Origin: Clostridia bacterium
GTDB taxonomy: Bacteria; Bacillota; Clostridia; RGIG6154
Length of the DNA stretch: 64,000 bases
Direction: 5' to 3'
NCBI GenBank assembly: GCA_045589295.1
Contig: JAZNOU010000005.1
Coordinates: 96,001-160,000 of the forward strand
Within the stretch, counting starts at the first letter, position 1. Each line of letters begins with the position of its first letter. Under the pieces are notes generated by a model. The model searched no databases. It was not told the DNA's origin and saw only the letters and a program-made list of their open reading frames with translations. Position numbers and translations under genes: made by a program. Below, one piece after another: positions 9,694 to 19,304 of the stretch.

Positions 9694-9707
9694 CTATGGA
9701 GGTAAAA

Positions 9708-10508
9708 ATGGACATCATTGACTTTCACGTGCACATATATCCTGAAAAAATTGCTGAAAAAGCAGTACAGAGTGTTGGTGATTTTTACAACTTAAAAATG
9801 AGCGGCAGCGGAACCTGTGAAACAATCTTAGATACTGGCAAAAAGATTGGTATTACATCTTACGTTGTTCATTCTGTTGCAGTTTCAGCATCTCGCGTTG
9901 AAACTATAAATGATTATATTGCATCTGAATGTAAAAAGCACAGTGAATTTTATGGATTTGGTACAATGCATGCTGACTATGATAATAAAATAGAAGAAAC
10001 CAAACGTTTTTTAAATCTTGGCTTAAAAGGTGTAAAAATTCACCCCGATACTCAGCTTTTTGATATGGATGATAAAAGAATGTTTGAACTTTATGATTTC
10101 CTGCAGCAAACCAAAACCCCCATTTTAATACACACAGGCGACTACAGATACGACTTTTCTCATCCAAGACGACTTAAAAATCTGTTGAAACTTTTTCCAG
10201 ATTTAATCGCAATAGGTGCCCACTTCGGCGGATGGTCTGTTTATGATCTTGCCCTTGAATACCTAAAAGATGAAAAATGTTACCTTGACACCTCTAGTTC
10301 ACTTCCTATGATTGGTCTTAAAAGAGCTAAAGAGCTTATAAGGCTCTATGGTGCTGAACGAATGGTTTATGGTACCGACTTCCCTATGTGGAATCCCGAA
10401 AAATCTTTAGAGGATTTCTTTAACATAGGTCTTACCGATGAAGAAAACGAACTTATTTTAAATAAAAATGCTAAGGGAATATTAAATATTAAGGAGTGTA
10501 AAAAATGA
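9708..10508 (+). CDS. Amidohydrolase_2 family metallohydrolase
   Basis: IIDFHVH, GVKIHP, HTGD, AHFGG, YGTDFP; ATG 9708 after GGAGG. Confidence 0.85.
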   Translation: MDIIDFHVHIYPEKIAEKAVQSVGDFYNLKMSGSGTCETILDTGKKIGITSYVVHSVAVSASRVETINDYIASECKKHSEFYGFGTMHADYDNKIEETKRFLNLGLKGVKIHPDTQLFDMDDKRMFELYDFLQQTKTPILIHTGDYRYDFSHPRRLKNLLKLFPDLIAIGAHFGGWSVYDLALEYLKDEKCYLDTSSSLPMIGLKRAKELIRLYGAERMVYGTDFPMWNPEKSLEDFFNIGLTDEENELILNKNAKGILNIKECKK

Positions 10509-11893
10509 GAAAAATTAACACAACAGACATTACTCTTAAAAAACTTTCGGAAGAACGTGAAGTTTTGCTACTATTCCGTGAGAAAACAGCCATTGCCACT
10601 TGTGCAGATTCACTTGGAGCTGATGCTGTTGAACTCGCTCCTGTAAAAAATCTTCGTGAAGATACAATAATTTACAAAACCATCTCACAGAAAGTGCAAA
10701 ATGCAGTTGTTGCCATTCCCGTTGGCTTTTCTGTTGAAGATTTAGAAAATGCTTGGGAATGCATTAAAGATGCTAAAAATCCACGTCTTCAGATTGAAGT
10801 TCCCGTTTCTACTGTTCAGATGGAATACACATATCATATCAAATCAGACAAAATGCTTATGAAAATTGCAGAACTTATTAATGCAGCCAAAAACCTTTGC
10901 TCTGATGTTGAATTTTGCGCACTTGATGCAACAAGAGCCGATAAAGATTTTGTTATCAGTGCAATAAAAGAGGCTGAAAGTTGCGGCGCAAACATTATCA
11001 CAATCTGTGACGATGCTGGTGTATCACTTCCAGAGGCAATTGCGTCTTTAACTAAAAAAGTAAAAGATTCGGTAAAAGTTCCTGTATTCGTTCAGGTTTC
11101 TGACAAAATCAGCATGGGTGTTGCATCGGCAATAGCAGCTGTTCAAGCAGGTGCCGATGGTCTTAAATGCGCTATGGCAGGCAAAGATGCCCTTTTAACC
11201 GGCAAACTTTCTGATGCATTAAAAGCTTGTTCATCCGAAACAATGGTAGAAACTAATCTTAATGATACAAAAATCCATACAAGCATTGAAGATATGTTAG
11301 AAAGTATAAATCACCAGGAATACAGCGACGCTTCTTCTGTAAGTGAAAAAAACAAAATTCTCCTTGACAGCGACAGCTCTATTTCTCAGGTTGCACAGGC
11401 TGCTGAAGTATTAGGTTATGACCTTTCTGATTCTGATCTTGGTAATGTTCACAAAGCACTTATAGGAATTTGTGAGAAAAAAGATGATGTAGGTGCTAAA
11501 GAATTTGAGGCACTTATTGCAAGCACTGCTATGCAGGCACCATCTACCTATCATCTTGAAAGCTACACCACAACAAGTTCTAATGTATCAAGCTCAATGA
11601 GTCAGGTTACACTCAAATGCGGTGATGAAATTATGAGCGGTGTTGCAAACGGAGATGGTCCTATCGACTCTGCTTTCCGTGCAATAGAGCAGTGCATTGG
11701 TCACCACTACGAGCTTGATGATTTCCAGGTTCAGTCCGTAACTGAAGGAAAGGAAGCATTAGGTTCTGCCGTTGTAAAACTTAGAAATAACGGAAAACTC
11801 TACTCAGGTAACGGAATTTCAACTGACATTGTTGCCGCAAGCATAAGAGCATATATAAACGCTCTTAACAAAATCATATTCGAGGAGGCATAA
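10505..11893 (+). CDS. 2-isopropylmalate synthase-like protein with degenerate active site and intact C-terminal regulatory domain
   Basis: DITLKK instead of DTTLRDG; QVSD instead of HxHND; C-terminal GDGPIDSAF and STDIVAASIRAYINALN retained. Confidence 0.8.
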   Translation: MRKINTTDITLKKLSEEREVLLLFREKTAIATCADSLGADAVELAPVKNLREDTIIYKTISQKVQNAVVAIPVGFSVEDLENAWECIKDAKNPRLQIEVPVSTVQMEYTYHIKSDKMLMKIAELINAAKNLCSDVEFCALDATRADKDFVISAIKEAESCGANIITICDDAGVSLPEAIASLTKKVKDSVKVPVFVQVSDKISMGVASAIAAVQAGADGLKCAMAGKDALLTGKLSDALKACSSETMVETNLNDTKIHTSIEDMLESINHQEYSDASSVSEKNKILLDSDSSISQVAQAAEVLGYDLSDSDLGNVHKALIGICEKKDDVGAKEFEALIASTAMQAPSTYHLESYTTTSSNVSSSMSQVTLKCGDEIMSGVANGDGPIDSAFRAIEQCIGHHYELDDFQVQSVTEGKEALGSAVVKLRNNGKLYSGNGISTDIVAASIRAYINALNKIIFEEA

Positions 11894-11894
11894 A

Positions 11895-14354
11895 ATGAAA
11901 ATTGTATTTTCAACTAAAAACGTAAATCGTGGTTCCTTCCTTGATGTTTGTCGTTATACTTATGACTACGGTTTTGCAGGGTTTGAAATTTACGATGCTA
12001 TTAAAGAACGCAAAGCTCACCACGACAGTATTTTACGTCGTGACCGTGTAGCTGATGCAAAAAGAAAACTTGTTAATCGCAATATTGCCGTTGCTGCTCT
12101 TCGTATGCCATCTCCTGTTGAAAGTGATGACACTACAGCAGAAATATTGATTAAATATGTAGATATGGCAGCAAACGCAGGTATTGAAAACGTTATTGTT
12201 CGTGTTGAAGAAAAAACGCCTTTTTATATTTTAAGCGAAAAACTTTCAGATGCAGTAAAACGTGCTGAAAAAGCTGATGTTAACATTCTTTTTGAAACTG
12301 TAGGATATCTTTCAGAAACCGAAAATGTTTTAGATATTATAAACTTCTTTTCATCTGCGGCAATCGGCGCAGCTTGGAATGTAAGAGGAACATATTTCGG
12401 TGCTGGAGAAAGTGCAGAAGCAACTATTAAAACACTCGGCGCTTACATTAAATATGTAAGACTTGGTGATATGGCCGATGGCAAAACTGTTTTGATCGGC
12501 GAAGGTACACTTCCTGTTGAAAACTTAATCAACGCGCTTTCATCACTTAATTTTGACGGTTTTATCTGTGCCGCTTGGAATGACGAAATCAACGATGCTG
12601 ATATCGTTTTAACTCATTTTGCAAACTACATTTCATCTCTTAAAAGAGAAAAGAAAAGTTATGATAAAGCATACTACAACAGAGCTAAAACAGGTACTTT
12701 TGTATGGAAAAAATATGACGTAATTGATTATACTTTCCCTGAAGTGCTTGACACAATGGCAGAAAAGTATCCTGACCAGTATGCATTTAAATACCCTACT
12801 CTTGATTACACAAGAACATATCAGCAATTCAGAAAAGATGTTGATGAATGTGCGGCAGCACTTATATCGCTTGGTGTAAAAGCAGGAGATCATGTTGCAG
12901 TTTGGGCAACAAATGTGCCTGAATGGTTTATCACATTTTGGGCTACAACGAAAATCGGTGCAGTTTTAGTTACTGTAAACACTGCCTACAAAATTCATGA
13001 AATCGAATATCTTTTAAGGCAGTCTGACACACATACTCTCGTTATGATTGAGTACTGCAAGGAAATAAATTACAAAGAAATCATTGAAGAGCTTTGTCCC
13101 GAACTTAAAAATCTTGCTCCGGGCGAACCTTTATACTCTAAAAACCTTCCGTTTTTAAGAAATGTTGTAACGGTAGGATTTTCAATGGATGGATGTCTCA
13201 CATGGGAGCAGATGCTTTCACGTTCTTCACTTGTTCCCCGCGAAGAAGTAAGAAGAAGAGCGTCACTTGTTAAACCCGACGATGTTTGTAATATGCAGTA
13301 TACATCAGGTACAACAGGATTTCCAAAGGGTGTTATGCTCACCCACAGAAACATTGTTAACAACGGCAAAACAATTGGTGACAGAATGGATTTATCAACA
13401 GCAGACCGTATGATGATCCAAGTTCCTATGTTCCATTGCTTTGGCATGGTACTTTCAATGACATCAATGATGACTCATGGTGGAACGCTCTGCCCTATTC
13501 CTTATTTTTCACCCAAATCATCACTTGCATGTGTAAATGATGAAAGAATAACCTGTTTTAACGGTGTGCCAACAATGTTTATTGCAATGTTCAATCATCC
13601 AGATTTTGCAAAAACAGATTTCTCATACATGAGAACAGGCATTATGGCAGGTGCTAACTGTCCTGCCGACCTTATGAGACGTGCAGCAGAGGAAATGAAT
13701 ATGAAAGAAATCATTTCTGTTTATGGTCAAACCGAAGCATCACCGGGTTGTACAATGGGTGAAGTTAATGAAGATCTTGACCACAGAGTTGAAACTGTAG
13801 GTAGTGCCTTCCCTGGTGTTGAATGTAAAATCATCGACCCTGAAACTGGCGAAGAACTTCCAGATGGTGAAAGCGGCGAATTTGTTGCAAGAGGATTTAA
13901 CATTATGAAGGGGTATTACAAAATGCCTGAGGCAACTGCTCAGGCAATTGACGAAGACGGATGGCTTCATTCAGGTGACATCTGTTGCAAAACCCCTGAT
14001 GGATATTACAAGGTAACCGGCAGACTTAAAGATATGATTATCCGCGGAGGCGAAAATCTTTATCCCCGTGAAATTGAAGAGTTTTATCTTACCAACCCGA
14101 AACTTCGTGATGTTCAGGTGGTTGGTGTCCCTGATGAAAGATATGGCGAAGAATGTTGTGCATGGATTATTCTTCACAAAGGTGAAACCGCTGACGAAAA
14201 TGAAATGAAAGAATTTGGTAATGCCTCTATTGCAAGACATAAAGTACCAAGATACTTTATGTTTGTAGATGAATTTCCAATGAATGCGGCAGGAAAAATT
14301 CTTAAATACAAAATGCGTGACATTTCCGCAGAAAAATTAGGCTTAAAAAAATAA
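11895..14354 (+). CDS. Xylose-isomerase-like TIM-barrel domain fused to acyl-CoA synthetase
   Basis: N-terminal ~250 aa (GFAGFEI, ILFET, IGEGTLP, NFDGFI); C-terminal QYTSGTTGFPKG, YGQTE, WLHSGD, RGGEN, AAGKILK. Confidence 0.82.
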   Translation: MKIVFSTKNVNRGSFLDVCRYTYDYGFAGFEIYDAIKERKAHHDSILRRDRVADAKRKLVNRNIAVAALRMPSPVESDDTTAEILIKYVDMAANAGIENVIVRVEEKTPFYILSEKLSDAVKRAEKADVNILFETVGYLSETENVLDIINFFSSAAIGAAWNVRGTYFGAGESAEATIKTLGAYIKYVRLGDMADGKTVLIGEGTLPVENLINALSSLNFDGFICAAWNDEINDADIVLTHFANYISSLKREKKSYDKAYYNRAKTGTFVWKKYDVIDYTFPEVLDTMAEKYPDQYAFKYPTLDYTRTYQQFRKDVDECAAALISLGVKAGDHVAVWATNVPEWFITFWATTKIGAVLVTVNTAYKIHEIEYLLRQSDTHTLVMIEYCKEINYKEIIEELCPELKNLAPGEPLYSKNLPFLRNVVTVGFSMDGCLTWEQMLSRSSLVPREEVRRRASLVKPDDVCNMQYTSGTTGFPKGVMLTHRNIVNNGKTIGDRMDLSTADRMMIQVPMFHCFGMVLSMTSMMTHGGTLCPIPYFSPKSSLACVNDERITCFNGVPTMFIAMFNHPDFAKTDFSYMRTGIMAGANCPADLMRRAAEEMNMKEIISVYGQTEASPGCTMGEVNEDLDHRVETVGSAFPGVECKIIDPETGEELPDGESGEFVARGFNIMKGYYKMPEATAQAIDEDGWLHSGDICCKTPDGYYKVTGRLKDMIIRGGENLYPREIEEFYLTNPKLRDVQVVGVPDERYGEECCAWIILHKGETADENEMKEFGNASIARHKVPRYFMFVDEFPMNAAGKILKYKMRDISAEKLGLKK

Positions 14355-14390
14355 TTAAAATATATTTATCAACAGAAAGGAAGATAAATT

Positions 14391-15449
14391 ATGAATATCT
14401 CTATTGAAAAAACAACAGCTCCAAAAGCTATTCCTACAGAAAACTTAGGCTTTGGAAAACATTTTACAGACCATATGTTCTTAATGGACTATGACAAAGA
14501 AACAGGTTGGGAAAATGCAAGAATTGTTCCGTTCGGCAGACTTTCAATGCACCCTGCTGCAACCGTTTTCCATTATGGTTCTGAAATTTTTGAAGGTCTT
14601 AAAGCATACAGAACAGAAAGTGGTAAAGTTCAGCTTTTCAGACCTTACGAAAATGCAAAGAGAATGAATTCTTCTGCTGAAAGATTAAGACTTCCTATAA
14701 TCCCTGAAGATGACTTTGTTGAAGCAATCAAAGCGCTTGTTAAAATCGACGAAGCTTGGATTCCTAAAAACTTTGGTGAATCACTTTACATCAGACCATT
14801 CCTCTTTGGAAATGATGAATCACTCGGTGTTCACTCAATCAAAAGAGCAACATTTGTAATTATTCTTTCACCAAGCGGAAGCTACTATCCGGAAGGAATT
14901 AACCCTGTTAAAATTATGATTGAAAAAGACGATGTTCGTGCAGTTAAAGGCGGAACAGGTTATGCTAAATGCGGCGGTAACTACGCAGCATCAATCAGAG
15001 CAGGTGAAAATGCTGAACTCAAAGGCTACACACAGGTTCTCTGGCTTGACGGTGTTCACAGAAAGTACATCGAAGAAGTTGGTGCTATGAACGTTATGTT
15101 CAAAATTGATGGCGAAATTGTTACTCCTGAACTTTCAGGTTCAATTCTCCCTGGTATTACAAGAAAATCTTGCATCGAAGTTTTAAAAGACAAAGGATAC
15201 AAAGTTTCAGAAAGACTTCTTTCAATCGACGAATTGGTTGCTGCTATGGAAGCAGGTAAACTTGAGGAAGCTTGGGGTTGCGGTACTGCAGCTGTTGTAT
15301 CTCCTATCGGCAAGCTTTTCTATGACGGCAAAGAATACATTGTTAACAATAGTGAAATCGGCGAAGTTACTCAGGCTCTTTATGATGAACTTACAGGAAT
15401 TCAGTGGGGTAAAGTTGAGGACAAATATCAATGGACAGTAGAAATCTAA
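14391..15449 (+). CDS. ilvE: Branched-chain amino acid aminotransferase
   Basis: FGKHFTDHM, HYGSEIFEGLKAY, AKCGGNYA, EEVGAMN, ILPGITR. Confidence 0.96.
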   Translation: MNISIEKTTAPKAIPTENLGFGKHFTDHMFLMDYDKETGWENARIVPFGRLSMHPAATVFHYGSEIFEGLKAYRTESGKVQLFRPYENAKRMNSSAERLRLPIIPEDDFVEAIKALVKIDEAWIPKNFGESLYIRPFLFGNDESLGVHSIKRATFVIILSPSGSYYPEGINPVKIMIEKDDVRAVKGGTGYAKCGGNYAASIRAGENAELKGYTQVLWLDGVHRKYIEEVGAMNVMFKIDGEIVTPELSGSILPGITRKSCIEVLKDKGYKVSERLLSIDELVAAMEAGKLEEAWGCGTAAVVSPIGKLFYDGKEYIVNNSEIGEVTQALYDELTGIQWGKVEDKYQWTVEI

Positions 15450-16129
15450 GCTACAAACGAACAACTGTATTTGCAGGTCATTACGGAAGTGGGAAAACAA
15501 ATGTTGCAGTAAACTATGCACTTTGGCTTAAAAATTTCGAAAAAAATGTTTCTGTCGCGGATTTGGATATTGTAAATCCTTACTTCAGAACAAAAGATTC
15601 TGCTAAAGTTTTAGAAAAAAGCGGCATAAAACTTATCTCTTCCGAGTTTGCAAATTCAAATGTTGACACCCCTGCCCTTCCCGGCGAGATATACTCTGTT
15701 TTCGATGACAAAACCGTTTATTCTGTTTTAGATATTGGCGGAGATGACAGAGGGGCTTTAGCACTTGGCAGATATGTCCCACATTTGCTTGAAGAAAACA
15801 ATTACGAGTTTTTATTCGTAATAAACAAGTTCAGATTTTTAACAAAAGATGCTAAAGATACAGTTGAAGTTATGAGAGAAATCGAAGAAGCTTCAAAGTT
15901 GAAATTCACAGCTATCGTTAACAATTCAAATATTGGCGAAGAAACTACAAAAGAAGATGTTTTATCATCTGTTGCTTATGCAAACGAAGTTTCTGCTATT
16001 ACGGGTCTTGAAATAAAAATGACTACAATTAAAAGTGATCTTTATGACTTACTAAAAAATGATATTTTAAACTTACAGCCTATTGACCTTTATGTAAGAC
16101 AATCCTGGCTGAGAGAGGAGCAAAAATAA
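15431..16129 (+). CDS. P-loop ATP-binding protein associated with 2-oxoacid oxidoreductase genes
   Basis: GHYGSGKT Walker A, DLDIVNPYFR, DIGGD. Confidence 0.75.
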   Translation: MDSRNLSYKRTTVFAGHYGSGKTNVAVNYALWLKNFEKNVSVADLDIVNPYFRTKDSAKVLEKSGIKLISSEFANSNVDTPALPGEIYSVFDDKTVYSVLDIGGDDRGALALGRYVPHLLEENNYEFLFVINKFRFLTKDAKDTVEVMREIEEASKLKFTAIVNNSNIGEETTKEDVLSSVAYANEVSAITGLEIKMTTIKSDLYDLLKNDILNLQPIDLYVRQSWLREEQK

Positions 16130-16332
16130 TGGCAAAAGTTACATTCAATGAAAATTTGTGTAAAGGTTGCGGACTTTGCGTTACAGCTTGTCCTAAAAAA
16201 ATCGTTGCACTTAAAAACACTTTAAACGCAAAAGGTTATCACCCTGCAGGCGTTGAAAAACAGGAGGACTGCATTGGTTGTGCATTCTGTGCTACAATGT
16301 GCCCTGACTGTGTAATTACAGTAGAAAGATAA
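16129..16332 (+). CDS. 2[4Fe-4S] ferredoxin (oxidoreductase delta subunit)
   Basis: CKGCGLCVTACP and CIGCAFCATMCP. Confidence 0.93.
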   Translation: MAKVTFNENLCKGCGLCVTACPKKIVALKNTLNAKGYHPAGVEKQEDCIGCAFCATMCPDCVITVER

Positions 16333-16344
16333 GGAGGCAAAAAA

Positions 16345-17415
16345 ATGAGCGAAAAAGTATTAATGAAAGGTAACGAAGCATTAGCTGAAGCTGCTATTAT
16401 GGCAGGTTGTAAGCACTACTTGGGTTACCCAATTACCCCGCAGACAGAAATTGCGGCATATATGTCAAAAAGACTTCCAAAAATTGATGGTGGAGTATTT
16501 TTACAGGCAGAAAGCGAAGTTGCTGCTATCAATATGCTTATTGGTGTTGCATCTACCGGCAAAAGAGCTATGACATCTTCATCAAGCCCTGGAATATCCT
16601 TAAAGAGCGAAGGTATTTCATACCTTGCAGGCTGCGACCTTCCAGCACTCATCGTAAACGTTCAGCGTGGTGGCCCTGGTCTTGGTGGTATTCAACCATC
16701 ACAGTCAGACTATTTCCAGGCTACACGTGGTTTAGGTCATGGTGACTTTCATTTAATGGTTTTAGCACCTGCCTCAGTTCAGGAAATGGTTGACCTTGTA
16801 TTTAAGGGTTTTGATTTGGCTGAAAAATACAGAGTTCCTGCAATGCTTTTATCAGATGGTACAATGGGTCAGATGATGGAACCTGTATCATTGGACGCAG
16901 GCGTTATCAATAACTATGACAAATCTTGGGCAGTTACAGGTACAAACGGAGAAAGAAAACCTAACATCGTTAACTCACTTTATCTTAAACCTGAAGAACT
17001 CGAAGACAAAAACATTGAAAGATTTGAAAGATATGCTCAGATTGAAAAGAACGAAGTTATGTATGAAGAATACAAAATGGAAGATGCTGAAATCTGTATC
17101 GTAGCTTTTGGTGTTGCAGCAAGAGTTTCACAGAACGCTATTGATATCGCAAGAGAAAAAGGTATCAAAGTTGGTATGATAAGACCTATCACACTCTGGC
17201 CGTTCCCTAAAGATGCTTTAAACAAAGCAGCAGATAAAGTTAACACATTCATTTCAGTTGAACTTAACATGGGTCAGATGATTGAAGATATTCAGCTTGC
17301 TACAAAATGCAGAAGAGACGTTCTTCTTTGCAGCCGTACAGGCGGTATGATTCCTACAACTGAAAACGTTTTAGACAAGATTGAAGAAGCAGTTAAATTG
17401 GGAGGTGCAAAATAA
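16345..17415 (+). CDS. vorB: 2-oxoacid (2-oxoisovalerate-type):ferredoxin oxidoreductase alpha-type subunit
   Basis: GNEALAEAA, GYPITPQ, QAESE, TSSSSPGISL, QRGGPGLG. Confidence 0.88.
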   Translation: MSEKVLMKGNEALAEAAIMAGCKHYLGYPITPQTEIAAYMSKRLPKIDGGVFLQAESEVAAINMLIGVASTGKRAMTSSSSPGISLKSEGISYLAGCDLPALIVNVQRGGPGLGGIQPSQSDYFQATRGLGHGDFHLMVLAPASVQEMVDLVFKGFDLAEKYRVPAMLLSDGTMGQMMEPVSLDAGVINNYDKSWAVTGTNGERKPNIVNSLYLKPEELEDKNIERFERYAQIEKNEVMYEEYKMEDAEICIVAFGVAARVSQNAIDIAREKGIKVGMIRPITLWPFPKDALNKAADKVNTFISVELNMGQMIEDIQLATKCRRDVLLCSRTGGMIPTTENVLDKIEEAVKLGGAK

Positions 17416-18158
17416 TGGCAGTAGTATTTGAAAAACCAAAGGCACTTACAGATGCAGTTTTGCATTATTGCCCAGGTTGTACTCACGGTATTATCCACAG
17501 ACTCGTTGCTGAAGTTATGGACGAACTTGGTATCACAGGTAAAACAATCGGTGTTGCTCCTGTTGGTTGCTCAGTTATGGCATACAACTATTTCAATTGT
17601 GATATGGTTCAGGCGGCTCACGGTAGAGCTCCTGCTGTTGCAACAGGCGTAAAAAGAGCAGACGCAGATAAAATTGTATTCACATATCAGGGCGATGGTG
17701 ACTTGGCTGCTATCGGTACTGCAGAAACAGTTCACTCTGCAGCTCGTGGTGAAAACATCACAGTTATTTTCGTTAACAATGCAATTTATGGTATGACAGG
17801 CGGTCAGATGGCTCCTACAACCCTCCCAGGTCAGGTTACACAGACATCACCTTACGGCAGAGATGTTGAAAAAGTAGGTTACCCATTAAAAGTTTGCGAA
17901 CTTTTGTCAAACGTAGACGGTGCAACATACTTAGAAAGAGTTGCAGTTAACAACGTTAAAAACATTAAAGCGGCTAAAGCTGCTATCAAAAAAGCTTTCC
18001 AGAATCAGGTTGAAGGTAAAGGTTTCTCATTAGTTGAAGTTTTATCTACTTGCCCAACAAACTGGGGCTTAGCACCTGATAAAGCTATCGCATGGCTTGA
18101 AGAAAATATGATGCCTTATTACCCACTCGGCGTATATAAGGACAAATTTGCAGAATAA
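17415..18158 (+). CDS. 2-oxoacid:ferredoxin oxidoreductase TPP-binding beta subunit
   Basis: HYCPGC, PVGC, HGRA, QGDGD...NN, CPTNWG. Confidence 0.9.
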   Translation: MAVVFEKPKALTDAVLHYCPGCTHGIIHRLVAEVMDELGITGKTIGVAPVGCSVMAYNYFNCDMVQAAHGRAPAVATGVKRADADKIVFTYQGDGDLAAIGTAETVHSAARGENITVIFVNNAIYGMTGGQMAPTTLPGQVTQTSPYGRDVEKVGYPLKVCELLSNVDGATYLERVAVNNVKNIKAAKAAIKKAFQNQVEGKGFSLVEVLSTCPTNWGLAPDKAIAWLEENMMPYYPLGVYKDKFAE

Positions 18159-18171
18159 GGAGGAAATAGCA

Positions 18172-18705
18172 ATGAATAAACAAGTTTTAATCGCAGGCTT
18201 CGGCGGTCAGGGTATTTTGTTCTCAGGTAAATTCCTTGCATACGAAGGCTTAATTGACGGAAAAGAAGTTTCATGGCTTCCTTCATACGGTCCTGAAATG
18301 AGAGGCGGTACTGCAAACTGCAGTATCATCGTAAGCGATACAAAAATCGGCTCACCTATCGTAGATAAGCCTGATGTATTGATTGCAATGAACACACCAT
18401 CATTTGATAAGTATATAGATGCAGTAGTACCTGGCGGTCAGGTGTTTATTGACAGCGCTTTAATTGACAGAAAAGTTGAAAGAACTGATATTGAAGCCTA
18501 CTATATTCCAGCTACTAAAATCGCATCTGACGAAAATTTACCAGGACTTGCGAATATGATTATTTTAGGTATGATGATTAAAAAGTCGGGTATTATGCCT
18601 TTTGAAAATATTGAAAAAGCTTTAAATAAGGTTGTATCAGCCAAAAAAGCAAACCTTTTAGAGCTTAATAAAAAAGCAATTCAAATTGGATACGATTATG
18701 AATAA
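18172..18705 (+). CDS. 2-oxoacid:ferredoxin oxidoreductase gamma subunit
   Basis: AGFGGQG, PSYGPEMRGGTANC; ATG 18172 after AGGAGG. Confidence 0.92.
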   Translation: MNKQVLIAGFGGQGILFSGKFLAYEGLIDGKEVSWLPSYGPEMRGGTANCSIIVSDTKIGSPIVDKPDVLIAMNTPSFDKYIDAVVPGGQVFIDSALIDRKVERTDIEAYYIPATKIASDENLPGLANMIILGMMIKKSGIMPFENIEKALNKVVSAKKANLLELNKKAIQIGYDYE

Positions 18706-18721
18706 TTGAGGAGGATTTCCT

Positions 18722-19273
18722 ATGAACGACCAGATTAAAGATATTGGTATGCGTCTTGCAGGTCTGCGTGACGATATGGAAATTTCTACAGCCGAAATGG
18801 CAGAAAAACTTGGTGTTGACCAGGCGACTTACGAGGCATACGAAAGCGGAGAAAAAGATTTTTCATTCAGCTTTATGTATAATGCAGCCGAAATTTTGGG
18901 CGTTGATGTTTTGGATATTATAAGCGGTGATGCACCAAAGCTTTCTATGTGCTGCATGGTTAAAAAAGGAAAAGGTTACTCTGTAAAACGCGGTCACGAA
19001 TATGACTACAAGCACTTAGCTTATACTTTCCGCGGCAAAAAAGGTGAGCCTTTCTTGGTAACAATTACTCCCGATGGTAAACCTCCCGTTATGCACGGAC
19101 ATGAAGGGCAGGAATTCAATTATGTTATTTCGGGAAAAATGATGCTCTATATCGGTGATATTTCATACGAGCTTTCTGAAGGAGACAGTGTTTATTTTGA
19201 TTCAAGTGTGCCTCACGCAGAGGTTGCACTCGGCGATAAGGAAGCTCAATTTATCGCCGTTGTAATTAAATAA
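18722..19273 (+). CDS. XRE-HTH/cupin transcriptional regulator
   Basis: HTH (MAEKLGV..YEAYESG), cupin HEGQEF..PH; paralog of the N-terminus of 6621-8906. Confidence 0.9.
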   Translation: MNDQIKDIGMRLAGLRDDMEISTAEMAEKLGVDQATYEAYESGEKDFSFSFMYNAAEILGVDVLDIISGDAPKLSMCCMVKKGKGYSVKRGHEYDYKHLAYTFRGKKGEPFLVTITPDGKPPVMHGHEGQEFNYVISGKMMLYIGDISYELSEGDSVYFDSSVPHAEVALGDKEAQFIAVVIK

Positions 19274-19304
19274 TAAGACACATAAACTCTAAAGGAGAAT
19301 TATT

